A stretch of 64,000 nt of DNA from Chiloscyllium plagiosum. Its lineage: Eukaryota. The stretch is from positions 34,378,923 through 34,442,922 of the forward strand of contig NC_057730.1 in the NCBI RefSeq assembly GCF_004010195.1, in the 5' to 3' direction. The translations under genes and the position numbers were made by a program. The notes beneath the pieces were generated by a model, which was not told the origin of the DNA, did not search any database, and worked only from the letters and a program-made list of their open reading frames with translations. Positions 24,968 through 38,858 of this stretch are shown one piece after another (within the stretch, counting starts at the first letter, position 1; every line of letters starts with the position of its first letter).

Positions 24968-25105
24968 GTTGTTCAGATTACATTTCATGATGTGCAGGGT
25001 GCTATGGTCAGTCAGTCAGCGGTTGTAAACAAGGAAGAGGATCTGGTAACGTTCCATATAATGGACAGGAACCACACAGCAGTAGTGCTGTTTGACAGTA
25101 AGAAT
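24968..25105 (+). CDS. BRICD5: BRICD5 exon 3 (VVQITFHD...NHTAVVLFDSKN)
   Basis: ctctccttag| acceptor and |GTAAGT donor; the BRICHOS-start motif VLFD. Confidence 0.9.
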
Positions 25106-25910
25106 GTAAGTAAGGGGCTGGTATGGCTCCAGTATGTTTTCTAAATTAATTATGAGTTGCTGCTGAGGTCTCTCTCAGCCAAATCTCAGGTTGCATTTGT
25201 AGTGGCTTCATCTCAATACAATTGCATTTATTATGTGTTTATGGATTATGTTTCACTTAACCTGCTTTTCATTTAAATTCTTGTAATCTCATCAGCATAT
25301 CCTTCCCTTGTTTCCATCATGTACTTAGCTAGTTGCCCCTTGTATTATATGCTTCACTACTATTTCAATCCAACCACTCCATGTGGCATATTGACCACTC
25401 TCCAGATAAAGAAGTTTCATCTGAACACATTATTGGATTTTTTTTATTAGTGACTGTTACATAATTACTGACCCCCTTTGGGATGGAAAACTTGGAAACC
25501 TGTGGGTTTCCTCCATTCTGTGGCATTTTAGTCCCACAGACTGCTACTTTTCTCAGTAAGATTTCACCTGTCCCCTCGTGGAGAGCTTCTTAGGGCAAAC
25601 AACCGCTGGATTACATGTGGGGAGGGGGAGAGCTTGGGAGGTACTCCTGCTCCATCCAGCTTCCATATACTTAACATCTCCCCCAATATTGTCCCTACCT
25701 CAGCAAACCGTCCCTCATCAAAGTAGATTGTCTCCCCATCCTTTATCTTATATCTGTTAAACCTGAAAATTGTTAGGTTTAAGATTTTAAAAATGTTACT
25801 ATCTCCCCAAGCCGATCCCATTAACATTTGGGTCCTAAAACATATCCCACAACTTCATAATTTTGTAACTTCTGATACATCATGAGACAACTGCAAATAT
25901 TACAAAACAA

Positions 25911-26554
25911 TTGCACATTAACTAGTGCAATAGTTCTGCATCACATATGAGAGGTCAAACTCACCAGCAAAAATCAAGGTTTGGATATTCTGTTGCTGCT
26001 CAGAGGTGCAGCAGCAACCCAATTGGTAAGTTATAGATCTTATTACTTAAAGTCAAATTTCCATATTAATTTGCTCATTTGAGACTTCAACCATATTGAA
26101 GTAACATGAGTAAGTCTAGTGCTGTAACTCAGGAAATTTTACATAATACCTATTAAAGCAGGACACCAACTTTATGGGCACACTGTAGCTGTTCCTTGCT
26201 GGTTCAAGTTAGAGTTCAAGTCAACATGGTATCTGGTTTCTCTCCAATGCCCCCGTTGGCCAGCAGGATAACTTCGAACTTCTTGCATGCCTCGGTGACT
26301 GAAAGTTGTTGAGTGTTAACTCTTTCCAAACCACAATCCACAGCATGGTTAATTTCATCATTGCATAAATATGGTTGAAGTCTCAAATGAGCAAATTAAT
26401 ATGGAAATTTGACTTTAAGTAATAAGATCTATAACTTACCAATTGGGTTGCTGCTGCACCTCTGAGCAGCAACAGAATATCCAAACCTTGATTTTTGCTG
26501 GTGAGTTTGACCTCTCATATGTGATGCAGAACTATTGCACTAGTTAATGTGCAA
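25911..26554. repeat. 187-bp inverted duplication (25911-26097 vs 26368-26554)
   Basis: Arms appear to be exact reverse complements, with a 270-bp spacer. Confidence 0.92.
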
Positions 26555-26740
26555 CCTGGGAAGGCAATAGGTGGATGCAGGTGGGGAATAATTGTGATAG
26601 GTCGATGGGGAGGATGGAGCAGATAGGTGGGAAGGAAGATGGACAGGCAGGACAGGTCAAGAGGGCAGTGCTGAGTTGGAGGGTTGGATCTGGGATGAGG
26701 TGGGGGAGGGAAGATTTGGAAACTGGTGAAGTCAATGTTG
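26555..26740 (-). mobile_element. PLE 3' region fragment
   Basis: Homologous to 240-300 and to the reverse of 330-500 and 11450-11600. Confidence 0.7.
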
Positions 26741-27236
26741 TCTCACTTTCTCCTGGTTCCTTATGTTGTCAATTATCCATGGGTCCAGTGTCTTTATTAA
26801 GATTATCATCATCATTTTATGACATTTTACTAAGAGGATAATTTTAAATGTTCTGTACCTCTTTGTTAAAGAAAAAGGGAGGTTTATGCAGTCAGAATCT
26901 AAAGATTAATATTCTCAAGCTCATTTCTCAATTCTTACTTAGGAGTATGGAAAAGTTCCCATTAAATCACTGATCATTTACCTTTCCTGAGAGCTCTCTG
27001 CTTTGTGATTTTACTTTGAAGTAAAACCAATACAGACAATCAGAAAGTAGTAATATAAAGATACAGGTTTTTACAGTCTTGAGATGGGAATAAGCTCGAC
27101 AGAGGTCTCAGCATTGCAGATGTAACTCTAAAACATTAATGGTCTTTACTCTGTTCATAATCCCATAGCGCTTTTTTTTGTCAAATGAAGCTAAGCAAAA
27201 TCACATGATATTACAGTACCAAGATCTGCATTGGCT

Positions 27237-28780
27237 ATAGAACATAGAACAGTATAGCATAGTACAGGCCCTTCGGCCCTCAATGTCGCACCAACCTTTT
27301 ATCCTACTCTAAAGATCAAAGTAACCTACATACTCTTCATTTTACCATCTTCCATGTGCCTATCCAAGAGTCGCTTAAATATCCCTAACGTATCTGACTC
27401 TACTCCCACTGTTGGTAGTGCATTCCACGCACCCACCACTCTCTGTGTAAAGAACTGACATCTCCCCTAAACTTTCTTCTAATCACCTTAAAATTATGCC
27501 CCCTTGTGATAGCCATTTCTGCCACGGGAAAACGTATCTGATTATTCATTCTATCTCTGCCTCTCGTCATCTTGTACACCTCTATTAAGTCACCTCGCAT
27601 CCTTCTTTGCTCCAATGAGAAAAGCCCTAGCTGCCTCAACCTTTCTTCATAAGACATGCTCTCTGTACAGGCAGCATGCTGCTAAATCTCCTCTGCACCC
27701 TCTCTAAAGCTTCCACATTCTTCCTAGAATGAGGCAACCAGAACTGAACACAAGTGTGGTCTAACCAGGGCTCTATACGGCTGCAGCATAACCTCGTGGC
27801 TTTTAAATTCAATCCCCCTGCTAATGAAAGCCAATATACCATGCATCTTCTTAACAACCCTATCAATTTGGCTGGCAACTTTGAGGGATCTATGGACATG
27901 GACCCCAAGATTTCTCTGTTCCTTCACACTGCCAAGAATCTTGCCTTTAACCCTGTAATCTGCATTCAAATTCAACATTCTAAAATGAATCAAGTTGAAC
28001 TCCATCTGCCACCTGTCAACCCATTTTTGCATCCTATGAATGTCCCTTTGCAACCTACATCAGTCCTCCACACTATCCACCACTCCACCAACCTTTGTGT
28101 CATCGGCAAACTTCCTAACCCATCTTTCCACTTCCTCATCCAAATTATTTATAAAAGTCACCAAGATCGCTGCGGAACACCACTGGCCACCAAGCTCCAG
28201 GCTGAATACTTTCCATCAACTACCATTCTCCGTCTTCTATGGGCCAGCCAATTCTATATCCAGACAGCCAAATTTCCCTGTATCCCATGCCTCTTTACCA
28301 TGGGGAACCTTATCAAATGCCTTGCTAAAATTCATGTACACCATATCCACTGCTTTACTTGATCAATGTGTTTGTCACATCCTCAAAAAATTCAGTAAGG
28401 CTTGTGAGGCATGACCTGCCCCTCACAAAGCTAACCTGACTATGGTTTTCCAAGTAATCATAAATCCTGTCTCTCAGAATCCTCTCCAATAATTTGCCAA
28501 CTACAGATGTAAGATTGACGGGTTTGTAATTCCCAGGATTATTCCTATTTCCTTTCTTGAACAAGGGAATAACATTTGCCACCCTCCAATCATTTGGCAC
28601 AACTCCAGTGGACAGTGAGGATGCAAAGATCATCACCAAAGGCACAGCAATCATTTCCCATAGTAACCTTGGGTATATCCCGTCATGCTTAGGGGACTTA
28701 TCTATCCTTACATTTTTCAAAGTTTTCAGCATATCCGCCTTCCTAACATCATCCTGTTCGAGCATGTCAGTCTGTTTCAC
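27237..28780 (-). mobile_element. CR1/HER1 LINE, RT region to 3' end, frameshifted
   Basis: WRVANVIPLFKKG..NYKPVNLTSVVGK, GRSCLT, WQMEFN and ERVQRRF fragments; (ctatgtt)n tail. Confidence 0.9.
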
Positions 28781-28993
28781 ACCTGTAACACTTAAGCAGA
28801 ATAATAGATAAATGAACGAATATACTTTGATTGTAACTAAACCAAATCAATCATGAAATGTTAGTTTCCCTACCAAACCTACACATAGATTGAGCCTAAA
28901 GAAATACATGATACTCTTTCTTTAACTGCACAGTGCTGAAATAAATTATTAGGCTTCTGACATAGACTAACTGATTCTTTGCTTCCTTGGCAG

Positions 28994-29101
28994 GGTTTAG
29001 TTTGTTATCAGCCCGGAGGGGGAAACATCTGTCTAGTTCGAAAAATGTTGGCTGCTGACCAAAAGAATATTCACACTGTCATCACTGCCCAGAAGCATAA
29101 G
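28994..29101 (+). CDS. BRICD5: BRICD5 exon 4 (GLVCYQPGGGNICLVRKM...QKHK)
   Basis: ttccttggcag| acceptor and AAG|GTATAA donor; BRICHOS CY-P----C motif. Confidence 0.9.
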
Positions 29102-29107
29102 GTATAA

Positions 29108-29402
29108 CGCGGTATGGAGACTCAACAGTTGACACCAAGGTCTCAGCTTCAATTCCATCTTTGGGCGACTGTCTGTGTGGAGTTTACACATTCTCCCAGT
29201 GTTTGTGTGGGTGTCCTCCAGGTGCTCCAATTTCCTCCCGCTGTCCAAAGATGTGCAGGCTAAGTGGATTAGCATTGGTAAACGAGTGGTTATGAGGATA
29301 GGAGGGGGGGGGGGGGGTAGGTCTGGGAGGGATGCTGTTCAGAAGTTTGGTGTAAACTCGACGGGCCAAATGGCCTGCTTCCACACTGTAGGGATTCTAT
29401 GA
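29108..29402 (+). mobile_element. Degenerate HE1-type SINE abutting the exon 4 donor
   Basis: gggcgactgtctgtgtggagtttacacattctccc...gtccaaagatgtgcagg...ttccacactgtagggattctatg. Confidence 0.75.
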
Positions 29403-29588
29403 AAGCAATATTTACATCTCCCAAAACATAGCCCAAATCAGAACATAGCTTCGTGGAGCAACAGAAACAACATGTTCCAAATAGTTCTCAGATGTGTCCA
29501 TGTGCTGTGATAATAACACTGTCTGGACAAAAAGAGCAAATAAATTGTTTAGCTTTGATCAGCTGAGGATTATCAACCTTAGAGGTAT

Positions 29589-31720
29589 AGTCATAGAGAT
29601 GAACAGCACGGAAACAGACTCTTCAGTCCAACTCATCCATGCTGACCAGATAGCCTAAATTAATCTAGTCCCATCTGCCAGCACTTGGCCCATATCTCTC
29701 ATACAACTCATTTCATACAAGCACCACCTTTTGCATGAAAAATTTGCCCTTTAGGTCCCTTTTAAATCTTTCCCCCTCACCCTAAACTTAAGCCCTCTTA
29801 TTCTGGACTCCCCTAACCCAGGGAAAAGACCTTGTCTATTTACCCTATCCATGTCCCTCATGATTTTATAAACCTTTATAAGGTCACCCCTTAATTTTGC
29901 AGAACAGTTGGGAAAAAAAAAACGATGAAACAGCAAAGATACTGAGCATACTTTTCCATAGCTGACTGAGAAACAGGAATTGTGACAAAATTGTGAGCAG
30001 CAAATATGACAAAAGGGAAATAACTAAAAAAGACATAGTCCATCAACAAAAACTGACAAAGATGGTCAATGGTTGACTAAAAAAATTAACAATGGTACCA
30101 AATGGAAAGAAAAGAGTGGTGCAATGCTGCAATCTAAATGGTATGACAGAATAAAAGGAAAAAATTTAGAACTCGGCAAAGGATGACAAATGAAATAGAG
30201 AGATAAATTAGAATAAGATTAAACTAGCAAGAAATATTAGAACAGACAGTAGGAGTTTCCAAAAGTGTACAAAAAGGAGGAGAGTAGGTAAAGTTCGTAA
30301 ATGAGACTTGAAAATTAATAACAGCCAATAAGGAAATGGCAGAGATTTTGAGCAACTGTTGTTTATATCTGTTTTCATAACTGAAGGCAATAAAAGCATC
30401 AACCTATAATAGAAAATCAAGGAGTAAAAGGGAGGGAGGAATCTAAAACAATCTCTGTCACAAAGAGATGAAGTATTAGTAAAACTGCAAGTCTGAAGGC
30501 TGACATGTCCCCAATCCTGATCGCCTTCATCCTAACATCTTAAAGAAATGGTTATTGTAGTAGTGAATGCATTGGTTATAATCTTCCAAAATTTCCTTAA
30601 TCTGGAACGGCTCCAGTAGATTGCAAATGGAAAACTGCAAATGCAGCACTCCTCTGCAGGAAAGAAGTGATACAAAAAGCAGTTACCCTAACATCTCCTA
30701 TTGGGAAAAATGCTGGAATTCTTGATTATGTAAGAAGCAGCAGGAATTTAGATAACCAAGCAGGATCATCAGGGTTTTATGAAGGGGAAATCATATTTGA
30801 GAAATTTATTGAAATCTTTGAAGCTATTACACAGGTTTATAAAGAGAAACAAGCACATGTAGTTTCTTTGGGATTCCAAAAAGCATTCAATAACATATCA
30901 CATAAAAGAAAATACAGAAGCTAAGAACTCATGGTGATGTGGGTAATATGTTAGCATGGATAGTTTATTGGTTAACTGATTGCAAAGAATCAGGATAAAT
31001 GCGTGATTTTCAGATTGATAAAATATTGACATAACTTGTATGGTGTCACAGGTATTAGGGAATAAGCCTCAACCATCCACAATCAATGTGAAGGTGTATT
31101 TTAGGCAAATTTGCTGATGATTTAAAGATAGATAGGAAAGCAAGTCGTCAGGAGCACATGAAGAGTGTACAAATGGTGAGAGAAGTGAGTGGGTAAAATT
31201 GACAGACGAAAAATATTGTGGGAAAACGAGAGGTGGTCAACTTTGAAAGCAAACAAAATGGCAGAATATTACTTAAATGAAGAGTCTCTACATCTGAGTC
31301 GCTCATATCTAAATCATAAAGTTAGCATGCAGGTACAGCAAGTGATTAGGAAGACAAATTGAATGTGGCCTTTCTTGCAAAAGACTGAAATATAAAAACA
31401 GAGACATTTCACCAACTTGTACAGGGAACTGGTGAGAACACACCTTGAATACTGTGTGCAGTTTTGGTCTCCTTATTTAGGGGAATATATACTTGACTTT
31501 GAGTTGGTTTGCTTGGTTGATCACTGCTATGAGTAAATGCTGAAGTTGAACCTTTACTCATTGGAATTTGGAAGAATAAGAAATGATCTTAATTAAACAT
31601 ATTAAGATTCTGAGAGGTCTTAACAGGGTACTGAGAAAATGTTTTTCCTTTTGGGTTTGTCCACAACAAATGACAGCTTCAGAATTGTTGCAGAATAGGC
31701 TCAAGAATTGAAAGGCCAAC
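29589..31720. mobile_element. CR1 fragments: 3' piece on the minus strand (29589-29895) and an old, decayed RT copy on the plus strand (about 30200-31720)
   Basis: RGDLIKVYKIM on the minus strand; FQKAF, aaatttgctgatga (KFADD) and gaatactgtgtgcagttttggtctcc (EYCVQFWSP) on the plus strand. Confidence 0.75.
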
Positions 31721-33132
31721 TCTTACTTTTATTTCATGTGCTGTGAAAATCAGATTCTGAAGTTATTAAAAGTGTATGATTGACAATTTATCCTTACAGG
31801 GGATTTTAAAAAAATTATTAGTCGGAAGCAGGAACACTGATCCATAGCCTTCCGGTTTTCTTTAATGTCAGCGATACGTACTGTATTTAATTTGGGGTCG
31901 CTGGCAAGAAGCCCAAGTAACTCAATACAAGTCAATAATATCTTTGAAATCCATCTGTAGTTTGAAGTGAAACCATAAATGAGGACTGAGCAGGCTCACA
32001 GGAGTTTCTACTTAGACATCTGCAACATACAGAATTTACATGGACAGCGCAGTTGCAGAATGTGCACAAGTGCTAAAAGACACTTCTTATAAGAAATAGG
32101 ACAATGAATACTTAAGAAATATATTAATATTCTTATAGACCTGGACATCAAATTCATTAAAAGTTGAAAATTGTTGCCCATTAAAACAGATCATTGCAGC
32201 CATTAAGCAGAATTTGCCCTGAGTATTTCTGGTGGTGGGCTAAGGCCCAGAATGAAATGCATCCCTTCATGAGTGGCCTTGGATTTAACACAAAACCTGC
32301 TTTGTTCCACTCTTTCTGTAAAAGTTGTAGGACTAATGTGGAATGCTGCGCTGAAACATCATCTCAGTTCACATCTCCAAGTTGATTCTAGTCATGCTTT
32401 TACACAGACTTCCCATCATCGAGGAAAATTAGGTTCCAATAAAGTGCAGATTACTCACTTGTATCTGGAGGAGTCATTAAATATTCTCCTATCCTCTTCT
32501 GTCAGTACTGACCATTTCTGGAATACAGTTCCACAGGTTCCAGTAAACTTGCCTAAGCAACTATTTTTCATTAGTGACCCCAGACTGAGCTGGTGAATTA
32601 TGATGAGGAGTCACAGCATGCGTGATCAGAGCATTGCCTGATTTCCACTCCAGCAGATGACCATGTACATTCATTTTCTTCCTGTCTAATTTAAAGTCAC
32701 TAAAGCCATTGTGCACAACCGTTCTCCATCTGAGTAGAGTTAATTTAGCACCAATAAGGAATCAAACCTTCTATAGTTCTGCTTAAAGCATTTCACTTAC
32801 TATGAAGTGTTTGTTAGTTACTCATGAGTTTTGTAAAATTATATGCTCACATGTTCAGAGTTTGCAATCATTCATCCTGTGTAAATTGCATTTCTTCTGC
32901 AGTTCATTTCCTTTAAAAAATAATTTCTTTTATTTCTCTCTTTCTTTGTTGGGAATTCCTTTCTCCAATGATCTTATACATTCCATCTCAGTCTGTTGAA
33001 TGGTCAAATGGAGAACATGGTTTATGTTCAAGACGTCTGGCTTGCACTAGTGAAAGAGGTGGTCAGCGCAGGCAAGATCAAAGAGTGAAATTAAGATTGT
33101 GAAATTTTATACATCTTAAATTATGTACTATT

Positions 33133-33368
33133 TGCAGCACAGTATTTTCAGTCATACACACACACACACATGTACAGGACTACACACTCATCATCTTTCA
33201 GTCATGCACAGGTCATTCAGAAACCACAAATTGATTAGTCTGCAGCACAGTATTTTCAGTCATACACACGTGTGTATACACACACACACACACACACATG
33301 TACAGGACTACACACTCATCATCTTTCAGTCATGCACAGGTCATTCAGAAACCACAAATTGATTAGTC
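33133..33368 (+). repeat. Tandem duplication of a 108-128 bp unit containing a (CA)n tract
   Basis: tgcagcacagtattttcagtcatacac...aaattgattagtc occurs twice; the copies differ only in the CA tract. Confidence 0.9.
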
Positions 33369-33875
33369 ATAGAGCTGTACAGCACGGAAACAGATCCTTT
33401 AGTCCAACACGTCCATGCTGACCTTGTATCCTAAATTAATCTAGTCCCATTTGTCAGTATTTAGCCCATATCCCTCTAAACCCTGCCTATTTATTTACCC
33501 ATTCAGTTGCCTTACAAATATTATGATTTGGAGGAGCCAGTATTGGCTGGGTTGGACAAAATTAAAAATCACACAACACCAGGTTATAATCCAACGGGTT
33601 TATTTGGAAGCACTAGCTTTCGCAGTGCTGTTTCTTCCCAAGGTGATGAACACGCAGGGCTGCAAAAGCTAGTGCCTCCAAATAAACCTGTTGGACTATA
33701 ACCTGGTGTTGTGATTTTTAACTTGTAAATGTTGTAATTGAACCTGCCTCCATGACTTGCTCTGGCAGCTTATTCCATACACACTCCACCCTCTGTGTGA
33801 GAAAGTTGCCCCTTAGATCCCTTTTAAATCTTCCCCCCATCACCTTAAACCGATGCCCTCTAGTTTTGGATTCCC
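33365..33875 (-). mobile_element. CR1 3' fragment with a nested fold-back PLE-derived element (about 33523-33725)
   Basis: CR1 tail and GHRFKV..RFKRDLRGNFLTQRV. The nested arms acaacaccaggttata...ttatttggaagcactagcttt and aaagctagtgcctccaaataaa...tataacctggtgttgt are complementary. Confidence 0.8.
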
Positions 33876-35239
33876 ATAGAAGATAAAGTCTCACAACTGA
33901 ACAATAAGATAAACTGATGCTCATGGGATAAAAAAACATGGCCAGGAACAGAACATACACAAGCTATACAGTGTACTGGACATATACAGTGAAGAAACTT
34001 TAAAAAGCTAACTGATAAAGGGATGGAACAGTTTGAATGGAAATAGGGAGATGAACCCCATGGTGGGGGGAGGTAGGAATTTGCATACACAAGGATGACT
34101 AATAATCAAACGCACGTATTATTGAACCAAGAGCTAATGTGTCAGTGAGCTTTGGTGTGAGGAATGATAAAGAACAGAAAATGGATAGTGGGAACAAGGA
34201 GGTCATTTTTCAGGTTATCAGGCTGGTATTAGTGGGTATCACAAGGTATTACTCCAGACACAATTCTTTATAATGTCTATCTGAGATGACGGGATCATGT
34301 TTGAAGTTTGCTGATCACACAAAGTTATGTCAGGCAGTAAAATAGGAGGGTGGCAGGGAAAGGCTGGGGAGGGGATTGGACAGGTTCAGTGAGTAAGTAA
34401 GCAGGAAATAGACTTTGCAACATCATATAGAGAAATGGGCAGCTTGTTCCTTCTTTTAGACTTGAAAGTGTTTCAGTTTATTCTTGGATTTTTTAGATGA
34501 TGATCGTAGTCCTAAATCCAGAAGCAGAAGCCTTTCTCTGTAGCCCAGCAGTTTCCATTATTCACTTGAAAACTTCAATAATCTCTGATCATTTCAGGAA
34601 TATAACCCTGGATTTGTGACATTTCACTCCCTCGCCATTGAATCTGTGCTGCCCAACTATCATTCTGGTGAATCTGTGCTGCACTCGAATGGACAGACTC
34701 CCAAGTCCCTACTCTTCCTTGTCTTTCCCTATTTATAAAGTCAATATCAGATCTGTGCTATCAATGAAATGGCTGCCATGAACAAACCTTAAATGGCCGA
34801 CTGACCGACTCCTGCTGAACCTTGGATCATTTATACATTCCTGCACTATAGAAATGTTAATTAGCATTGATGTTGAGAACTCTGTTACAAAGAATGCGTA
34901 CATTTAATTGGATGAAGTTGCAAATTCCAGGATCTGTTTAGAGTCAGTATCCAGAGAAAGTGTCAGCGCTGTCTGTCTAATTTTCCAAATTTCAAACAGG
35001 AAAATATAATTGGAGTATACAAAAGATAACATATCTGGTCAGCCACTGCTGAATTGTAGGTGTTAGGCCTTGTTCAGAACCTGTCACAGAGTTTGAACCT
35101 GGAGTCAGACATGTTTCATCCGAAAAACAGGAATTTATCAAATGCCACACTGTCGGACTTAGGCTTCAAATTGTGTGCTGTCTAAAAATTTTTTTAAATG
35201 TGGATTTGCAATTAAACAAATCTTCTGAACCCTTAGATA

Positions 35240-35635
35240 CATGTGTGTTGTTTGTACATACTTGTGAGGAAATATGTGTGACAGTGAGGGAGTCTGTGTG
35301 ACTGTGAAGTGAGAGTGCATGTGAGGGAGTGATAGTGATTGAGGGGGAGTGAGAGTGACTGTGGGGGGGGGACGAGAATTTGTGGTTGAGGTTATTTGAA
35401 TGTAGATTGTATTTGAGTGCGCAAGAGAGGTATGTGTGAAATTGTGTGATTCTGAGAGATGCTGAATGTGTAATTCTCTACATGTGAGTCTGTGTGAGTG
35501 CGTGTGTACATGTGTATGACTGAAAGTCTGCAAGTGCACTATAGAATGTTTATGTGTGAACATGTGTCTGTGCAAGAGATTTTGAGTTCCAGTGTGTGTG
35601 TGAGTGTAGAGAGAGAGAGACTGAGTTAGTGTCTG
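35240..35635. repeat. Degenerate (TG/GA)-rich low-complexity tract
   Basis: Dense tgtgtg and gagaga motifs. Confidence 0.7.
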
Positions 35636-37594
35636 TGAAAAAGGAATTCCAAAGGGATACTGATATTTTAATGAAAGGGAAAATCTGACCTAGAGATTCA
35701 CAGCAAGACTTCTTCACTTTCCAAACAACATCTCTTGGCAATAACTGGCAATGTATCATTTGTCCTCCTAACTGTTGTCTCTAACATCATGTTAACTTTC
35801 TGATATTTCTGTACAACATCACCCCAACCCCCCCTGGACAAAAATGTTTCACAAATTCTCATCATTTTGAATAGTAACATTCTGTTTTTCTCTTACAGAG
35901 AAAATACATAGAGTTACACAGCACAGAAACAGACTCTGGTCCATGCCAACCATAATCCCAATCTAAACTAGTTCCACCTGCATGCACTTGGCCCATTTCC
36001 CTCTAAACATTTCTTATTCATGTACTTAACCAGATGTTTTTTTAAGTATAATAACTGTACCCATATCCATGGTTAAATAGCTGTAGAATAGAATTGAGAA
36101 TTACCAAGAAAGCCATTAGAAACTATCACCTAACTATCCAAATATTAATCTGTATTTTCTTAAAATCTTTTATACTTCACCTCAGATTTGATAATTCCTA
36201 ATTGTCAGCAAATACTTGTGTATACACTGAGTATCAGTTACTGTTGTTAAAATTCAGTTTAAGATAAACACAACAATCCTGGCAGAGGAAAATAACTGTT
36301 TCCATTGAGATGTAGTAATCAAGTTGCAGTAGCAATAGAAGATTAATGATAAATGACATAAACCAGACTGATAATGAAGTTTAAAAACAGAAAGAACTGT
36401 GGATTCTGTAAATCAGAAACAAAAACAGAAGTTGCTGGAAGGGTCACCAGACCCAAAACATTAACTATGCTTTCTCTTCACAAACCCTGCTGAGCGTTTT
36501 TCAACAACTTTTGTTTTTGTTTCTGATAATGAAGTTTAGCAGGGCAACATTCAGATTTCACTATTCCATGGGATCATTCTTAACTCTGACAATTAAACAT
36601 ATGACTTGGTTCCAGCCTTTTAGTGGTTTAATGGAAGATGGTTGTGGAATGACATTGTTGGATTTTGCTCAACTAGGTTAAGGCTTCAATTTAATATTCT
36701 TTACAAGTCTTTAAAATGTACAATAGTACAAATATATGTTAATTTTACACAACAATGTAATTGTGACCAGAGTGGAATTGCACACATTATACTGAACAAG
36801 GGAACATTGGTGTGGTGTAGTTATAGCCACAAACTCAGAAAGACATATCTTTTCTTTCCCCTCAAAAGGATAATAAATGTTTGGAATAATCACAAGCATG
36901 ATATTAGAGGCAAGAACACAGAAGTTATTTGAGATATAATTGTCTCTCAGTGACCAAGTTAATATAACTGAGGAATGAACTTCAAAGACAGAGTTAACAA
37001 GCAGTAAGAGCTGAACTTAACTGAATTGATAAAAAGGATTTTCTTCAGAGAGTGCTGATGCACAAGAGACAGAGATTTCAATGGGAGCACATGCATCAAC
37101 AGGTTGAACTTCAATATTAGATTTATACTGCTGAAACAATTGAAATTTATGAAAATATTCCACACCATTTCCATGTAGAGAGTGAAGGCTCACATTGACA
37201 ATGAATAGTGCAGTTCTGACAATGCAATTCAGGGTCAAAGAAAACAGAGAGCTAGATGGGACAATTGGGTGGGAGTTGGTTGCATTGAAAAAATGGTAAG
37301 GTGAGGTTGCGAAGAGATTTTACAATGAATATACGCAGAGGAAGGAACCATTTGAGGTTTGTGAAGTTAAGGCCGATAGGGTTACAGTATTTAAATAACA
37401 ACAATTTATATAAACGTATGAATTTAATGAAAAGACAATTGACCTTTGGTGCAATGAAAAGGTGCATTACAGAACAAACTATGACAATAAGCCACTTAAG
37501 GTGATATTAAGTCAGAAACTTCAGAAGTGAAATAGATTTTCATGAGTGACTTAAAGAAGGAAATTGAGGAAGAGTGTTGGAGCAAAATTCTGTC

Positions 37595-38245
37595 ATGCTG
37601 GAAATGTGACGTAAACTCAGAAAATGCTGGTAAACTCAGCAGGTGCGGTAGCAACTGTGAAGATTGAAACTGAGCTAACAGAGTTCAATATGACTGGTCC
37701 TCACAACTGAAAAGATTTAGACATGATTGGGAAAGGAAGAGGGTAAGGAATTGGTTAGAGAGCCGGCAAGATAACTACAAATGGAACAAAAGGCAAAGGG
37801 AGTAGAAGTAGTTGTAATGAAGATTTGGGGCTAAGTGTTAGTAGCAGAAGGAAGCAAACTCTATCAGAAAGAAAAATCACGAAAACAGGGCACAGACTAG
37901 CACTAACATAAAGAAACAAAGTAGAGGCCAGAGTTCACGGTCTGAAGTTTAGTTGAATGTTGAATCCAGAGAGTCGTAGAGTTCCTAAATGGGAGATGGA
38001 TTGTTGTTCCTCAAGCTTGTGCTGGGCTTCACTGAAACACTGCAGCAGGACGACAGAGATGTGAGTATGAGAACAAAGTGGTGAACTAAAGTGGCAAGCA
38101 AAGTGGTCACCCAGTTTGTATTTTGTCTCCCCAGTGTAGAGAAGACTGCATTGTGAATAGCAAATACAGCGTTCTAAACTGAAAGAAGCAAAAGTAATGT
38201 CCTTTCTTCTGGATGGAGGGTTTAGGGTCATGGACAGTGAACAAT
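37595..38245 (-). mobile_element. Old Penelope-like element 3' end (GIY-YIG remnant)
   Basis: ORF 37935-38255: CSLLYTGETKYKLGDHF...HFSSP...KLEEQQSISHLGTLRLSGFNI. Confidence 0.75.
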
Positions 38246-38359
38246 GTCTTGACAATAATAGAGGAGGAGAGAAAGGTGGAGAGATAATAGGAAAGAATTC
38301 TATAGCTTAGAGCTTAGGCAGCCAAGGTAAAGATACTAATGGGATACATATAGAAAGGA

Positions 38360-38858
38360 TGCATTGAAACTTGAAAGGGTTCAGAAAAGATCTACGAAGA
38401 TATTGCCAGGGTTGGAGGGTTTAAGCTATGATGAGGGGTTGAATAGGCTGGGGCTATTTTCCTGGAACATTGGAGGCTGAGGGGTGACCTGAAAGACCTG
38501 AGGGGTGACCTGAAAGAGTTATAAAACCACGAGGAGCATAGATAGGGTAAATAGATAAGGTATTTTCCCTGGGATGGGCAAAGTCCAAATCTAGGGGGCA
38601 TAGAATTAGGGTGAGAGGGGAAAGATATAAAAGAGAATTAAGAGGCAACATTTTCATACAGAGGGTAGTGCGCATATGGAATGGAGCTACCAGAGGAAGT
38701 AGTGGAGGCTGTTACGATTACAGTATTTAAAAGGCATCTGGATGAGTACATGAATAGGAAGAGTTAGAGGGATATGGGCCATTTATTTAGGATATCTGGT
38801 CGGCATGGACGAGTTGGACCAAAGGATCTGCTTCCCCGTTGTATATCTCTATGACTAT
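38360..38858 (+). mobile_element. CR1/HER1 3' fragment
   Basis: ERVQKR start; ends atctctatgact; internal 18-bp tandem duplication ctgaggggtgacctgaaa. Confidence 0.8.

Noticed and set aside
32598-32640. C/D-box-like pair (ATGATGA...CTGA) in a BRICD5 intron
   Set aside because: Only about 43 nt, too short for a snoRNA, with no convincing terminal stem.
35159-35575. His/Thr-rich 138-aa ORF
   Set aside because: It is a translation of a degenerate (CA)n low-complexity tract.
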